A stretch of DNA of 64,000 bases, taken from contig NC_092672.1 of NCBI RefSeq assembly GCF_964355755.1, forward strand, positions 19,605,237 to 19,669,236. The letters run 5' to 3'. This stretch comes from Antedon mediterranea (lineage: Eukaryota; Animalia; Echinodermata). This document shows, in pieces, positions 26,321 to 38,100 of the stretch; position 1 is the stretch's first letter, and the number at the start of each line of letters is the position of its first letter. Position numbers and translations under genes: made by a program. The notes beneath the pieces are model-generated. The model was not told the origin of the DNA. It did not search any database and saw nothing but the letters and a program-made list of their open reading frames with translations.

Positions 26321-27569
26321 TTTCATCATGTATCCACACCATTAACCCATGAAAGTACAGTAAACAGTTCATTATTCAATTCAATCAACTTTAATTATCC
26401 ACAATCTGATTCTTTTGGTTGTGGCAGACTCACAAATGTAAACAAACATTTAAAACAAATGTTTAAAATACACATGTATACAAATTTAATATTGCTAAAG
26501 AGTAATTTTTGTAAAGTCTAACAGCTTTCAGAATAAATTATTTTCTGTAGCGCTCAGTACATGTCTTTCTGAAGAATTCATTTGGAGCTTTGAGGATTAA
26601 TTAATATGTATTGAAAAGAGGATGTGTTTCATTTTGAAGGATCTAATAGTAATTATTCTGTATATAATTCTTTATGTTAAAACCATTCATGAATACGTAC
26701 ATGTGCGATGTTTCAACTTGTTTTTAACAAGTCAGGCAATGACTATTTGTAATAGTCTGTGATTTTCCGAAGTTCTTTGCCTTTTTAGGGGCGCTAATCT
26801 ACAACTAGCAAAGCTACAGTACTCCTAGCAACTACTAACATACTAGTCAGTTGCCAGATGAAGACTTATTAAAAACAAGTTGAAACGTTGCACATAATAT
26901 GTACGTATTATTTTTAAACAATCTACTGACTTAAAGAAGGGCTAGACAGATGGAATTAGTAAATTAACCAGCCAATGTGTGGGCAACCATTTCATTCCAT
27001 GTTTTAATACCCTAATGAATAACTGTGACAAGTGTCAGAATGTTCACTTCAGGTCTACTAAAAGTAGGCCTACTATGCATGACAGAGAGAATATCAACAG
27101 CATTTTCCTTTACCTTTTTAAAACGACATGCTGGTTTCTTTTTAACTTGGGGTGGAAAGCATCTAGGCCTAGATTTAGTAATAATCTGAAAAAAATAGCG
27201 AAATTCAAAATTTTTACAAACAAATTTTTATGAACATATAACCACTTGTGACCTAGCCTAGCTAGGAATTTAAATGGTTAGCAGAAAAGTGTAGTCGGTC
27301 TGATTTGATTTGAATTGATTAGAAAATCATCATAAAAAATACTGACATTACAAATAATACAATTATAAAAGATTTTGCAGGATAGCTCAAAAAGCTTAGG
27401 CCTAAATAAACATTCATCCCTTATAGTACCAAACAAATATTGACCAGAACCAGCAATCAGCAACGCTCCATACAGAACACCCGATTTTATCGGAACCAAA
27501 ATAAAACGTTATCGATTTTACCATTATATCAAACATAAAACTACCGCATTGGGCCCTGCGCTAATATGA

Positions 27570-27917
27570 TCTGGCCCAGCAAATGAGACGATAGAGACCA
27601 AACTGGTTCCTAACACATGAGACGATCGGGCCAACGCATGAGACGATTGGGACCACGTTTTCTGGGCCCAAGACGATCGGGCAGCAAATAAAAACAATTT
27701 ACTGTGATAACCGGCCTAGACTTAGGTTAGGCCTAATATAGTAATAATACGATTTTGATCCAAGTCGGCCCTAAACCATGGAGGTATACCTCCATGCCTA
27801 AACCGTCTCGGGCAAAGTCAAGTCGGCCCCAAGTCAAGTCGGCCCGTAGTCAAGTCGGCCCCAAGTCAACTCGGCCTCAAGTCAACTCGGCCAAAAAATA
27901 ATCGGTCAACTCGGCCC
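27570..27917. mobile_element. Transposon-end-like clusters of short subterminal repeats
   Basis: gagacgatcgggcc-type repeats at 27570-27685 and 17-bp aagtcaagtcggccc repeats at 27760-27917. Confidence 0.5.
27777..27796. mobile_element. 20-bp palindromic P-like transposon footprint with 7-bp TSD
   Basis: cctaaac|catggagg-tata-cctccatg|cctaaac. Confidence 0.7.
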
Positions 27918-28749
27918 CATTAAAGTATGGAACGCAAAAAGTGCAAATGAAGGGGATTGATAAAATAATATTTCTTCAAAAGTTTTTAACTATGAATAAT
28001 TCTGACTTTTAATGAATATTAATATTTAGACAATAATATATTTAGCAAAAAAAATAGGAATGATTTCACCAACTTTCCTTTATTTACGTTTAATAAAATT
28101 TCAAATTGCACAATTGAAAACAATTCGTAGCTGCGCCTCCCTGCGCGTTTGGCAACTTTTTCGATATCTACAACTGCTATGTGTTTTCGCTGACCGTGGG
28201 ATTCCCCTTTTTTAAAAACGCAAAGCATGGACAAAAACGATGTACAATCATTTTTTCTATGGCCAAATGTGATGAAACGTAGGCCTCCGTCCGTAACAAG
28301 AAATCGAAGATATAACAGTGTGGTGCGAAACTGCAGTAGCGCCGGCTAGCCTGGCATTTATTGCACCTGACCTGCATTATCCTACATAATTGCCTGTACC
28401 TAGCCTAGCTAGGCGCCGCCTAGTAATTGCATTAATTTAGTAACTTACTTTTTTGCCTACTGGAATGTAATTATTGGTTTTTTCCATCAAAATAGTTGTC
28501 ATTTTGATAGGCCCGCCTCCTCTCACTTCCCCAAAACCAACAGTTCCTTTTTTTTTTCAAAAACACCGCCGCGCGCCACCTATAATAAAGTATCTAATAA
28601 AAAAATTAAAGAAAACCGCTGTGTACCGCCCTCTCTGTTATGACTCGGTGACCTTAAAATAAACAACAGCTATTTAATTACACATGTTTTTTGCTATGAT
28701 TTTTGTAGCTGTTACTACACCCATAACATATTTTTACCTAAGTTTAAAC

Positions 28750-29657
28750 GGCGCTAGTTCCGTTTCGCACCTGTTTTTATTTCGACTTCCTTTTGACTCC
28801 AAATTGTTAAGCAACTTATTGTGAATACCACACCTTAAAATTGGGCCTCATAAGTACTTTTATGAAGAAGAATCACATAAAAAGTAACAAATAAATCCTT
28901 AAATTGATGATTTTACAGACATGTTTCTCGCATACCGTTCGCGAATTTAGCATACTCGAAGTTCAATATTTTCGTTTCTATGGAGCGCCAAAAGAGCAAC
29001 AACAATAGATGGTTAAAACCTGAGTGGAATGCGTCTTCTTTTAATGCATTTATTATTGAAATACACGTTTAATTTTAATATATTTTGTCAATAAAAATGC
29101 TGTAACATTTTACTGCTATTGCTAATAATTTGCTGTTTTCAAATAGCAACCAACCCTAGGCCTAAGAGTAAGACTAAGACTAAGAGGAATTTTGTTTAGA
29201 TCAGGTATACCCCTACAGACTACAGTACATGTAATATGATGATGAATGTCGATTTTCATTCCTAAAAGTTCCTGCAAAAACCATGTACAGTATCAACAGT
29301 AATATTTTTGTTGCATTGACATTGACAAAATATGATAAAATTGAACGTAATATTCACCAATAAATGCATTAAATATACGCAATTTACTGAGTTTTTAGCC
29401 CTCTATTATGATTGCTCTTTTGGCGCTCCATAGAAACAACAACATTGAACATGGAGTAGGCCTATGCGAAATTCACGAACCGATGTGCGAGAAACACGTC
29501 TGTAAATTCATCAATTTAAAGGATTTGTTTTTTACTTTTTGTGTGATCTCCTTCGTAAAAGTATTTTTGAGGCCTAATTCTAAGGTGTGGTACTCACGAT
29601 AAAGTTACTTAACCAATTTTGAGTCAAAATAAACGGGTGCGAAACGGAACTAGCGCC
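28750..29657. mobile_element. Foldback-type MITE with ~280-bp imperfect TIRs
   Basis: gtttaaac|ggcgctagttccgtttcgcacc ... ggtgcgaaacggaactagcgcc|gtttaaac; inner arms tggagcgccaaaagagcaa and ttgctcttttggcgctcca are also inverted. Confidence 0.85.
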
Positions 29658-30314
29658 GTTTAAACTGCATGTGACGTATATAGATGATAAAATATTTGCT
29701 GATATTTGGAAACCGGTAAAACCTGTTGCTGCCAAATCTTCTTTGTACTAGGCCTAGACAGCAGAACCTGGTCTGGTCCTAGTTAAGTAGAACTAGTAGG
29801 CCTGTCTAAACTAACCCTACCCTAGACCTAGGCCTTTATTTTGGAAATTAGATTTTTTCCGCTGTAGCCATACTGAAAACTTTACATATATGAATTTATG
29901 ATATAGGCCTTAGTCTAGGGTATGCAGTATTTTTATAATTTACATGCACAGGTCAAAATTAACAAATTATGCATTATGATGGTACAGTACGGTAGTACTG
30001 TAGTTTCCATAAGTGCTCCGTTTAAGCACTGAGTGAGTACATAATTATATGGTATGTAATTTAAATGTGAATGGGAAATAGAGAGAAACAAGCTTCAAAT
30101 TGGAGCTACTGTATAGTACATATAATATTAATAATAAAATGTGAATTGCTTGTGTATTATTTTGTAGATTATTAAAAACAAAGGGTGTGAAAATGAAGAA
30201 GGATTCACAGACGTTCTGAGAGTCGTAAGTAATTGATGTTTTAATTTATGTAATTATGTTAAGTTATCTGGCTGATAATGGTACAAGTAGCAAAATACAG
30301 TTCATGTGTGTGTT

Positions 30315-30740
30315 GTAGCAGAATACGGTACCTGTATAGCAGAATATGGTACATGTGTAGCAGAATACGGTACATGTGTATCAGAATACGGTACCTGTGT
30401 AGCAGAATACGGTACCTGTGTAGCAGAATACGGTACCTGTGTAGCAGAATACAGTACATGTGTAGCAGAATACGGTACATGTGTAGCAGAATACGGTACA
30501 TGTGTAGCAGAATACGGTACATGTGTAGCAGAATACGGTACCTGTGTAGCAGAATACGGTACCTGTGTAGCAGAATAGTGTACATGTGTAGCAGAATACG
30601 GTACATGTGTAGCAGAATACGGTACATGTGTAGCAGAATACGGTACCTGTGTATCATAATACGGTACATGTGTAGCAGAATACGGTACCTGTGTATCAGA
30701 ATACGGTACATGTGTAGCAGGATACGGTACCTGTCTAGCA
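30315..30740. repeat. 21-bp minisatellite, ~20 copies
   Basis: Unit gtgtagcagaatacggtacat/cct. Confidence 0.95.
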
Positions 30741-31004
30741 GACAATTTTCCTTTTTTGTCAATAAACTCTTCTAGGAATAAAACAGAATTTGGCTCATGC
30801 AGACAATTTTCCTCATAGTGGGACATTCAAATGCAAAACTATATTTTCTTTATTTTATTTCATACCATTAAACACATGTTATCTCACTAACAATTCATTT
30901 CAGGTTAAAACAGAAGTAGAACGTAGAAAATCACTTGGCCGAGATTATTTAAAGAGAAAAGAGACAATTTTAAAACATTACAATACATACACTGCAAGAA
31001 ATTA

Positions 31005-32022
31005 AAATAAAAAATGGGGGTAACCTTGCATTCTGATGAACTGTTTCATTTTTAAAAGTAGACATATTTTGGAACATTTTCACAATTTGTTGACGTTTTC
31101 GTGCGCAACCTGTCATGTTTAACGTGCTCGTAGAACGCCATTTCAAGTTGAAAAGTGAATAAAATAACGTAAAATTGTTAATCGAAGATTTAAAAACACA
31201 AATCGTGTAAAAGAAATGCTCATACCTGTTCCCTGCGCCGTGCGCGCGTAAAAATGTGCGCGCCAGTGGCAATTTTTTAAACGCTTAAAATGACCTGAAT
31301 CGTGCTCTAATTTAATCAGAAATTGATTTGAAGCATTTTAAAATTTCAAACGCCATTTACGCGCGCACTTTCTAATGTTACAAATTGCGGTAGCGTTAAA
31401 AAAGTTAACTATTGATGTGAAGCAAACGTGGCTGAAAATGACGTTAAAAAATATTCATTTGTTTCGAAGTTATAACCAATTTAAGATTTTCAGAAAATCA
31501 CGCGTAACTTACGCTACGCGGCTCTGACATCGTCAAAAAGCTTGGCTGGACAACTTCAGTAAAATGTCTATATGTTGAACAAGTTACAAAATGTTATGTT
31601 AACGCGTTACAGAGAAACAGCGTGCACAAATTAGGAGCATTTTAAAATTTCAAACGCAGTTTACGCGCAGACTTTCTAGTGTTCAAAAATTTGCTGAAGA
31701 GCGAAAAAGTTAGCCATTGATGTGAAGAAAACGTGGCTGAAAATTTCGTTAAAAAATATTTATCGGTTTCGAAGTTATGACCGATTTAAGATTTTCAGAA
31801 AATCGCGCGTAACTTACGCTACGCGGATCTGACATTGTCAAAAAGCTTGGCAGTACATCTTCAGTTAATTGTCTATATGTTGACCAAGTTACAAAATGTT
31901 ATGTTAACACGTTCAAGAGAAAACGCGTACACAAAATCTGAGAAAGAAAGAAGAATAATAAAAAAAAAAAAAAAGTAACACTACAATAACAAATGCTTAT
32001 CCGCTTGAGGCGGATAACCAAT
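31005..32022 (+). mobile_element. Helentron/DINE-1-like element with 3' hairpin
   Basis: Ends with the hairpin ttatccgc-ttgag-gcggataa followed by ccaatt; ~300-bp internal duplication; shares aaatcgcgcgtaacttacgct with 15878. Confidence 0.6.
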
Positions 32023-32122
32023 TAGAGCATAGCATTTCATATTTGTATAGAAGCCTTTACCAGTGACATTGCTTTAAATCTTAATTACTTTACAGATTCA
32101 CATTTTTATTTCTTGCCAGGAA

Positions 32123-35100
32123 ATGTCACGCCCAAGTAAGAGAGACAGAAAGTACAAAGGAATAACATTTCCTGGTATAAATTGGGGGAAAAAAAATTTT
32201 CGTCAAAAGGTAAGTTTTTCTCTAATCAGTTTATTGAGTTTGGTGATTTACGAATTGATTTAGAAATAAATATTCATGTACATTTTGATAAACTAAATGT
32301 ATGTTTTTTAGTTCAAAACTACCACAAACAGCAAAACCACCACAAATAGTGGTAAGTTCATTTTATTTTTCTAACAGCTATACAATGTCAAGTTAACTCA
32401 GTTCATCTAATAGATAAATTATGATTTTCTTATACTTTATTTTGTATTTAATCAAATTTTAGAGGTGAATACTGAAACACCTGCAAAAGCTAAAGATGTG
32501 AGTACTACAATATAGCATTTGTTGACTGTTCTATTTAACTCAACTCTACCTCCTCAAAAAGAATAATCCATCTTTCTTTCAACTCACAAATTCATTACTT
32601 GTATACTGTTTAAAATGAGGAATTAAATCTATTATACTTTTAACATTATAGCCCTGGCGAAAGAACAGTGTTTAACTTTTCCTTATTCTATTAAGATCCA
32701 GCCAATGATAACCATTGACAGTAATTTGCCTTCGAATTTATATACTTACTTTTAACATGGTATATAACATTACACTGATATGAATGGTTCAGAAAGTAAA
32801 ACATTTACCTCTATGTTATTTATATAATATTTGTTATTTTTATTTCTTGTGCATCAGGTTAGCAAGAAATCAACTGCAGAAGGTAAGTGTGTAATTAACT
32901 TAAATTCTTAATACGTTAATTGTGCAAGTATAAAATAATGGAACATGCTGAGTGAATAATAATAGAATTAGTGAATGATAAAAATGATGATTCACAAATA
33001 ATAATAATAAAGTTGATAAAATTAACAGTGAAAGTGTTTACTACAATGAATCAAGATAGCCTTTCTACCCAAAGAAGAGCCATTTAATAACTTTTTACAT
33101 CTTTTCTTGTTATTTTAGGTTTAATTAGTTTTATCTTTTAAACATTTTAATTGTAGAAAAAGTGATTTACTGAAATATTGTTGCTACAGTATATAAGTGC
33201 ATTATAAATTTATTTTTTATCTTATATAAATATCATGTGTAATATTTTACTGAAATGAGAAAGAGGTAGATCACTATTATTCAAATTGTCATTTAAGTGC
33301 AATAATGTTAAAAACAAAAACCAAAAATTAGGGTGAGACCACGAAACACAACCAAAAAAATGAACGTAAAGATATAATGATAAAGATAATGACAACAGAA
33401 AATTACCACAGAGAAGATGTCATTGATAATAGTAAGATTTAGACAAATTATAATAGTTGTAGAGATGATAATGATGATATATTCAATGTCTATTATCTTT
33501 TTACATATATTTAGTCTATTTGATTTGTAAACAATATTTTTTACACATTTTTCCCGTTGATTAATAAAGGAACTGAAGATGCATCATTGAATGTTCAACA
33601 ATCGTTGGATAAATATATTATTCAGGAAATTTTTTCAAAACAAGAAGTAAAACAGTCTCCTTTGGAAACTTTTAACATTTGGGATCACGGGGGACAGTTA
33701 ATCTATCAAGGAATACATCAGGTAAGTTTTGGACATTTTGTATGTTTGTATGGTCTATTGTTTGTGTATTAACAGTTTTAATGCCTAATTATGGCAGTAT
33801 CTTATCTGTATCACATGGATAGGATTCTGCTGTGTGTAGATAGGTGGGAACATGCCCACTGTAAAGATTGTTGTTTAGGCCTTCCACCTATCTTAATGTT
33901 AACAGATTACCCAACAAACCTCTGTGTATCTCTTCACACACCCAATCTATAAGTTTTGCAAGCTATCCCTAGACTTCTCTCACTACATGTGAAGTGAATT
34001 TGAAGAGCTTTTTCCCTATTTAGCACTCTTAACTATTTCTAAAGTTTACTTTTCTTTATTCTAATATATTTGTATTCTATTCACATTATTTCTATATTGC
34101 TGTTTTAAGAGATAAGTATTTCTTAGATGATATGCGCTCTATATGTTCTGGATATATTTATTGATTTTAGAAAACACTGCATTCTATTACATCAGTAGGC
34201 TTTACTATCCTTGTCAAATAGTTTATAAATAATTGTTTTTATTTTGTATGCAGATCTTTGTGACATCAGAGGCAGTTTATGTTGCTGTCTTTGATTTGAG
34301 TAAAGACCTCGATGATCCTGCAATAGTAATAGATCCCAATGGGGTAAGTATTTCAGGGGTATTAGATTAGATTAGATGTTGTTGGCAATCTCATTCATTG
34401 GTTAAAAGTAAAATGCTTTCATTGCATTGCAATGTAGCTGTGTCAAAGAATGTCATACTTACTTTTATATATATAGACTAGTGCTGTTCCGCCGTACCAC
34501 GCCGAGAATGTTAAAGAGTCGCTATCCAATCAAGTTTGAACAATACCATGAAAGCCCCAGTGGTCTAATGGTTAAAGCAGAAGGTTCCGGGTTCGAGTCT
34601 CGGTTGGGAAGATTTTTTCTCATTCTCGCAGATTTCCTCATCTTATCATTTCAAATTAATTAATTCAATTTCAGTATATCACCGGGTGGTTTAGAATTTA
34701 TTCTGTGCCTGTAATGTTTATATGTATATATGTAATAACATAAAGTTGAAATTATACGATTTTTATTTGGTACTAAAATAAAATACAATTTCTTATAGAT
34801 TTTTATTATTTGAAATTAAATTAATTTTTACAGCAAGAATGTGAACATCATTGGACAAATCGTCAGTTTTTACTGTCTTCGATCCTGTCAGTTTATTCCC
34901 ATAGTCGTATATTGGGACAGAATATTGAGAAGGAAGTAAATTTACCTGCTATCCTTGTTGTTGGCACACACAAGGCAAGTCTGGGAGAAACAGAAGAAGA
35001 ACAAAATAAAGAGGTTAGTAATAATCTAGAATAGGTTTGTGTTTACAGTTAATACAAAGCTTAAAATATTTGTCTTGGGCACATGTACCACAGTGGGTAT

Positions 35101-38100
35101 AGTAAATTTAAACTGTAGGACTTATAATAATCAATCAATTTTCACAGTTTTAAATCCACCAAATGTAATTTAGCTTTTTGTGCAAATTAAGTTGACATGA
35201 CATAAAACAATTGATTGTCAAATTTGAAATATATAAAAAATATACTTGATGAAAATGAAACATAGAAGAGGTAATTTGGACTTTATTAATATTACTACAT
35301 GTTAGCATTTTAAGGTTTTAAAATAAAGTTTTGGGGAGAAAAATTAACAATTCTTTTTGTATGTTTAAATACGGTGCTGTTTTTATTGTCTTTTGTTTGT
35401 ATATATTATGTAGTAGTGTTTACTTTTTGTTTAATCTAGGCAGAGGTGGTGTTACAGAAAGTTAAAGACTCCATGAAAGGAAAACCATATGAAAAACATG
35501 TACTTGGATACTATGCTGTTGAAAACAGTAGGGAGACTACAGACAAGAGCTTTAGTGATCTGAAAAAAGTAATTCAGGATCTTATGAACCATTTAAAAAA
35601 GTCTATTCCATTAAAGTGGATGCGGTTTAGATGTGAAATGTATAATCTGAGGAAGGAAAAATTGATATGTTCTGCAGAAGAGGTAAATTTTTATTTTATT
35701 ATAATTTTTTTTTTAGAGAAAGCAAAACTTGTTCAATAAATATTGTGAGGCAAAGCACCTTTCTTTAACAACACATTCAAGACTATCTGCTCTTGAAAAC
35801 AAATCACCAGATTCTATTATACTTGTAATTGGTGATGTTAATAAATGCCACCTTAACTATCCGGGCTATGTTCAATACATTAATAAACCAACTAACTCCC
35901 GTACCACTTTAGGTGCCTCGAATCATAACACAATATGTATGTTGCCGAAATACAGGCAATACTTTAATAATAAATTTAAGCCTGCTACAATTAAATACCG
36001 CTCCTGGACAAGAGATGCAATGGTCAGACGTGTACTATGACAACACTGACATAAATGCTAGTGTGACTGTCATCAATGAATACATCAAGCAATGCATCAA
36101 CAATGTGATCCCAATTAAACATAAGAAGTCATACTTACACAACAAACCTTGGATGTCTAAAAATATTGCAACATGAGAAAAACAGCGTGCCTTTGCTAAC
36201 AACGTCTACAGTCTCGTGAAACAAAAAGAAATTAGAAATTCAAAAACTGTGATAGCCAAGCAGCATGTAAAGCAATGCAAACCATAACTGGTTTTAACTG
36301 TAAACAAAACAAGGATATAAATGGTAATACAAACTAAACTTGTAAATGACCTCAATGAATTCTATTGTAGATTTGACAAATACGACTTTAGTGATTGTAT
36401 TAATGCAAAAGTTAAGTTACTAGAAAGCAAAGTTAAACTATTAGATCATGAATCTTACATGTTGCATGTCAATGAACACTTAGTTAAGCAGGTTTTAGGT
36501 GTTAAGGTAACTAAATCTATGGGCCCTGACGGTATTAGTAATAAAGTCCTGAAATGCTGTAGCCACCAATTGTTGGCAGTTTTCACTAAACTATATCAAT
36601 GCTCTATAGACTCTGGATTGATCCAAAATATTTAGAAAACTTATCTAATTTCTTCTTTACCAAAAGCTAAAAATAAACCTCCTACTTACCTCAATGATTA
36701 CCGTCCCATCGCGTTAACATCAAATCCCATGAAATGTCTCGAATCATACTAAGAGCACTGGGAAAGTCAAAAGATGAATAACGCAAATGATATTAATCAG
36801 TTTGCATATAAACCAAACCAAGGTGTGGATGATGCTGTGATCATATACAATGTCTATAAACACCTAGACAAACAAAGATCCTACTGTATATCAGGTTAAC
36901 CTTTATTGACTTTTTCAGTGCCTTTAACCATACTTTAACTGTATTCAATCCCACCTACTCATTGATAAGATGTATAAATTAAATTTCAATAATAAAATTT
37001 TCTTTGGCTTAAGTTACCTGAGAGAGAGACCACAGTATGTTAAAATTAGTGATACACAATCTGAATTACGCAAAGTTAGCACGAGCGCACCACAAGGCTG
37101 TATCCTATCACCCATTTTATTCAAACTCTATACCAGTGACTACTTATGTAAAGAGCCAAAATGCTCAATTATCAATTAAGCTGAAGACACTGTCATAACA
37201 GATTTTATGTCAGATAAACCAAATGGCTATTTTGATGATGAAGCTAACCAGTTTGCATAATGGTGTAGAGATAATTTTTTTAGAGCTAAACATTACGAAA
37301 ACTAAAGAACTTATTATCGATTTTAGAATTAAGAAACCTCAAATTGAACTTTTCCTTATTGATGGTGAAGATGTTGAACGAGTCAACAAATACATATATT
37401 TAGGAACCATAATTGACGAGAAACTCACTTGGATCGACCAAGCCGTGGTAAAGAAAGCTAACTAACAACTGTACTTTTTAAGGAAACTTAGAACTTTTAA
37501 TGTAGATAGTAAAATACTGTTACTTTTTTATAAATCTGTTGAATATAATCTGTTACTATGGGAACACTTCACAATTGATTACTATAAAAAGCAATACAAG
37601 CGTGTAGTCTAAAACACCGATTTGAATACCGTCTCCTAATTGTATGAAGATTGTTTGATTAAAAAAGTGAAAGCAATAATGGATAACGATACCCACCCGC
37701 TCAGGCTTTCTTTTATGCTTAATCAAACCGGACGTAGAGTACCGCTTAGAATACGAACCTCAAGATACCGATTACCATTCGTCCCACAATGCATTTTCGA
37801 GTATAATAACACAAGTTGATAATTTATAATCAATCTTACACAGAATTTATAATATTAATTACACTCTCTGTAAATTATATTTCTTGTTTCCTTTTTATAA
37901 CTGTATTTTATAGTATTTTTATATATCTGTAGTTTTATATGAATTTGTTTACATTACATACTGTGTATTTTATATGAATTTGTTTACATTGCATACTGTG
38001 TAGTTTTATATGAATTTGTGTATTTTTAACTTTTTTAAGTTATTCTAAATGTTTTATGCTGTTTATTGCCTTGAGGAAGACAAATTTCAAATTATATATT

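Larger units (their letters stand above)
6100..27129 (-). pseudogene. MYO19: Unconventional myosin-XIX locus, multi-exon, probably pseudogenised
   Basis: Exons with GT-AG boundaries except the exon-2 acceptor: 27129-27114, 26348-26244, 25665-25560, 24882-24743, 24355-24251 (NQSIIVSGESGSGK), 23898-23840 (TWNARCLLKY), 23703-23630, 22817-22748 (NSSRFGKYIQL), 22583-22481, 21867-21670, 20738-20651, 13725-13539 (ECHTRRDCLAKLLYAR, a MYO19-type motif), 13057-12868 (LLDVYGFE), 12533-12423, 12077-11901, 10664-10572, 10186-10130, 9588-9410 ([10 protein letters not shown]), 8619-8433, 7707-7581 and 7481-~7341 (IQ motifs), 6987-~6100 (tail). In-frame stops at 12471-12473 and 8601-8603, frameshifts at ~7467 and ~27120, and a mutated acceptor at 26349-26350. 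Confidence 0.88.

Noticed and set aside
30259-30826. Four overlapping long ORFs with repetitive peptides
   Set aside because: They arise from a stop-free 21-bp minisatellite read in several frames on both strands.
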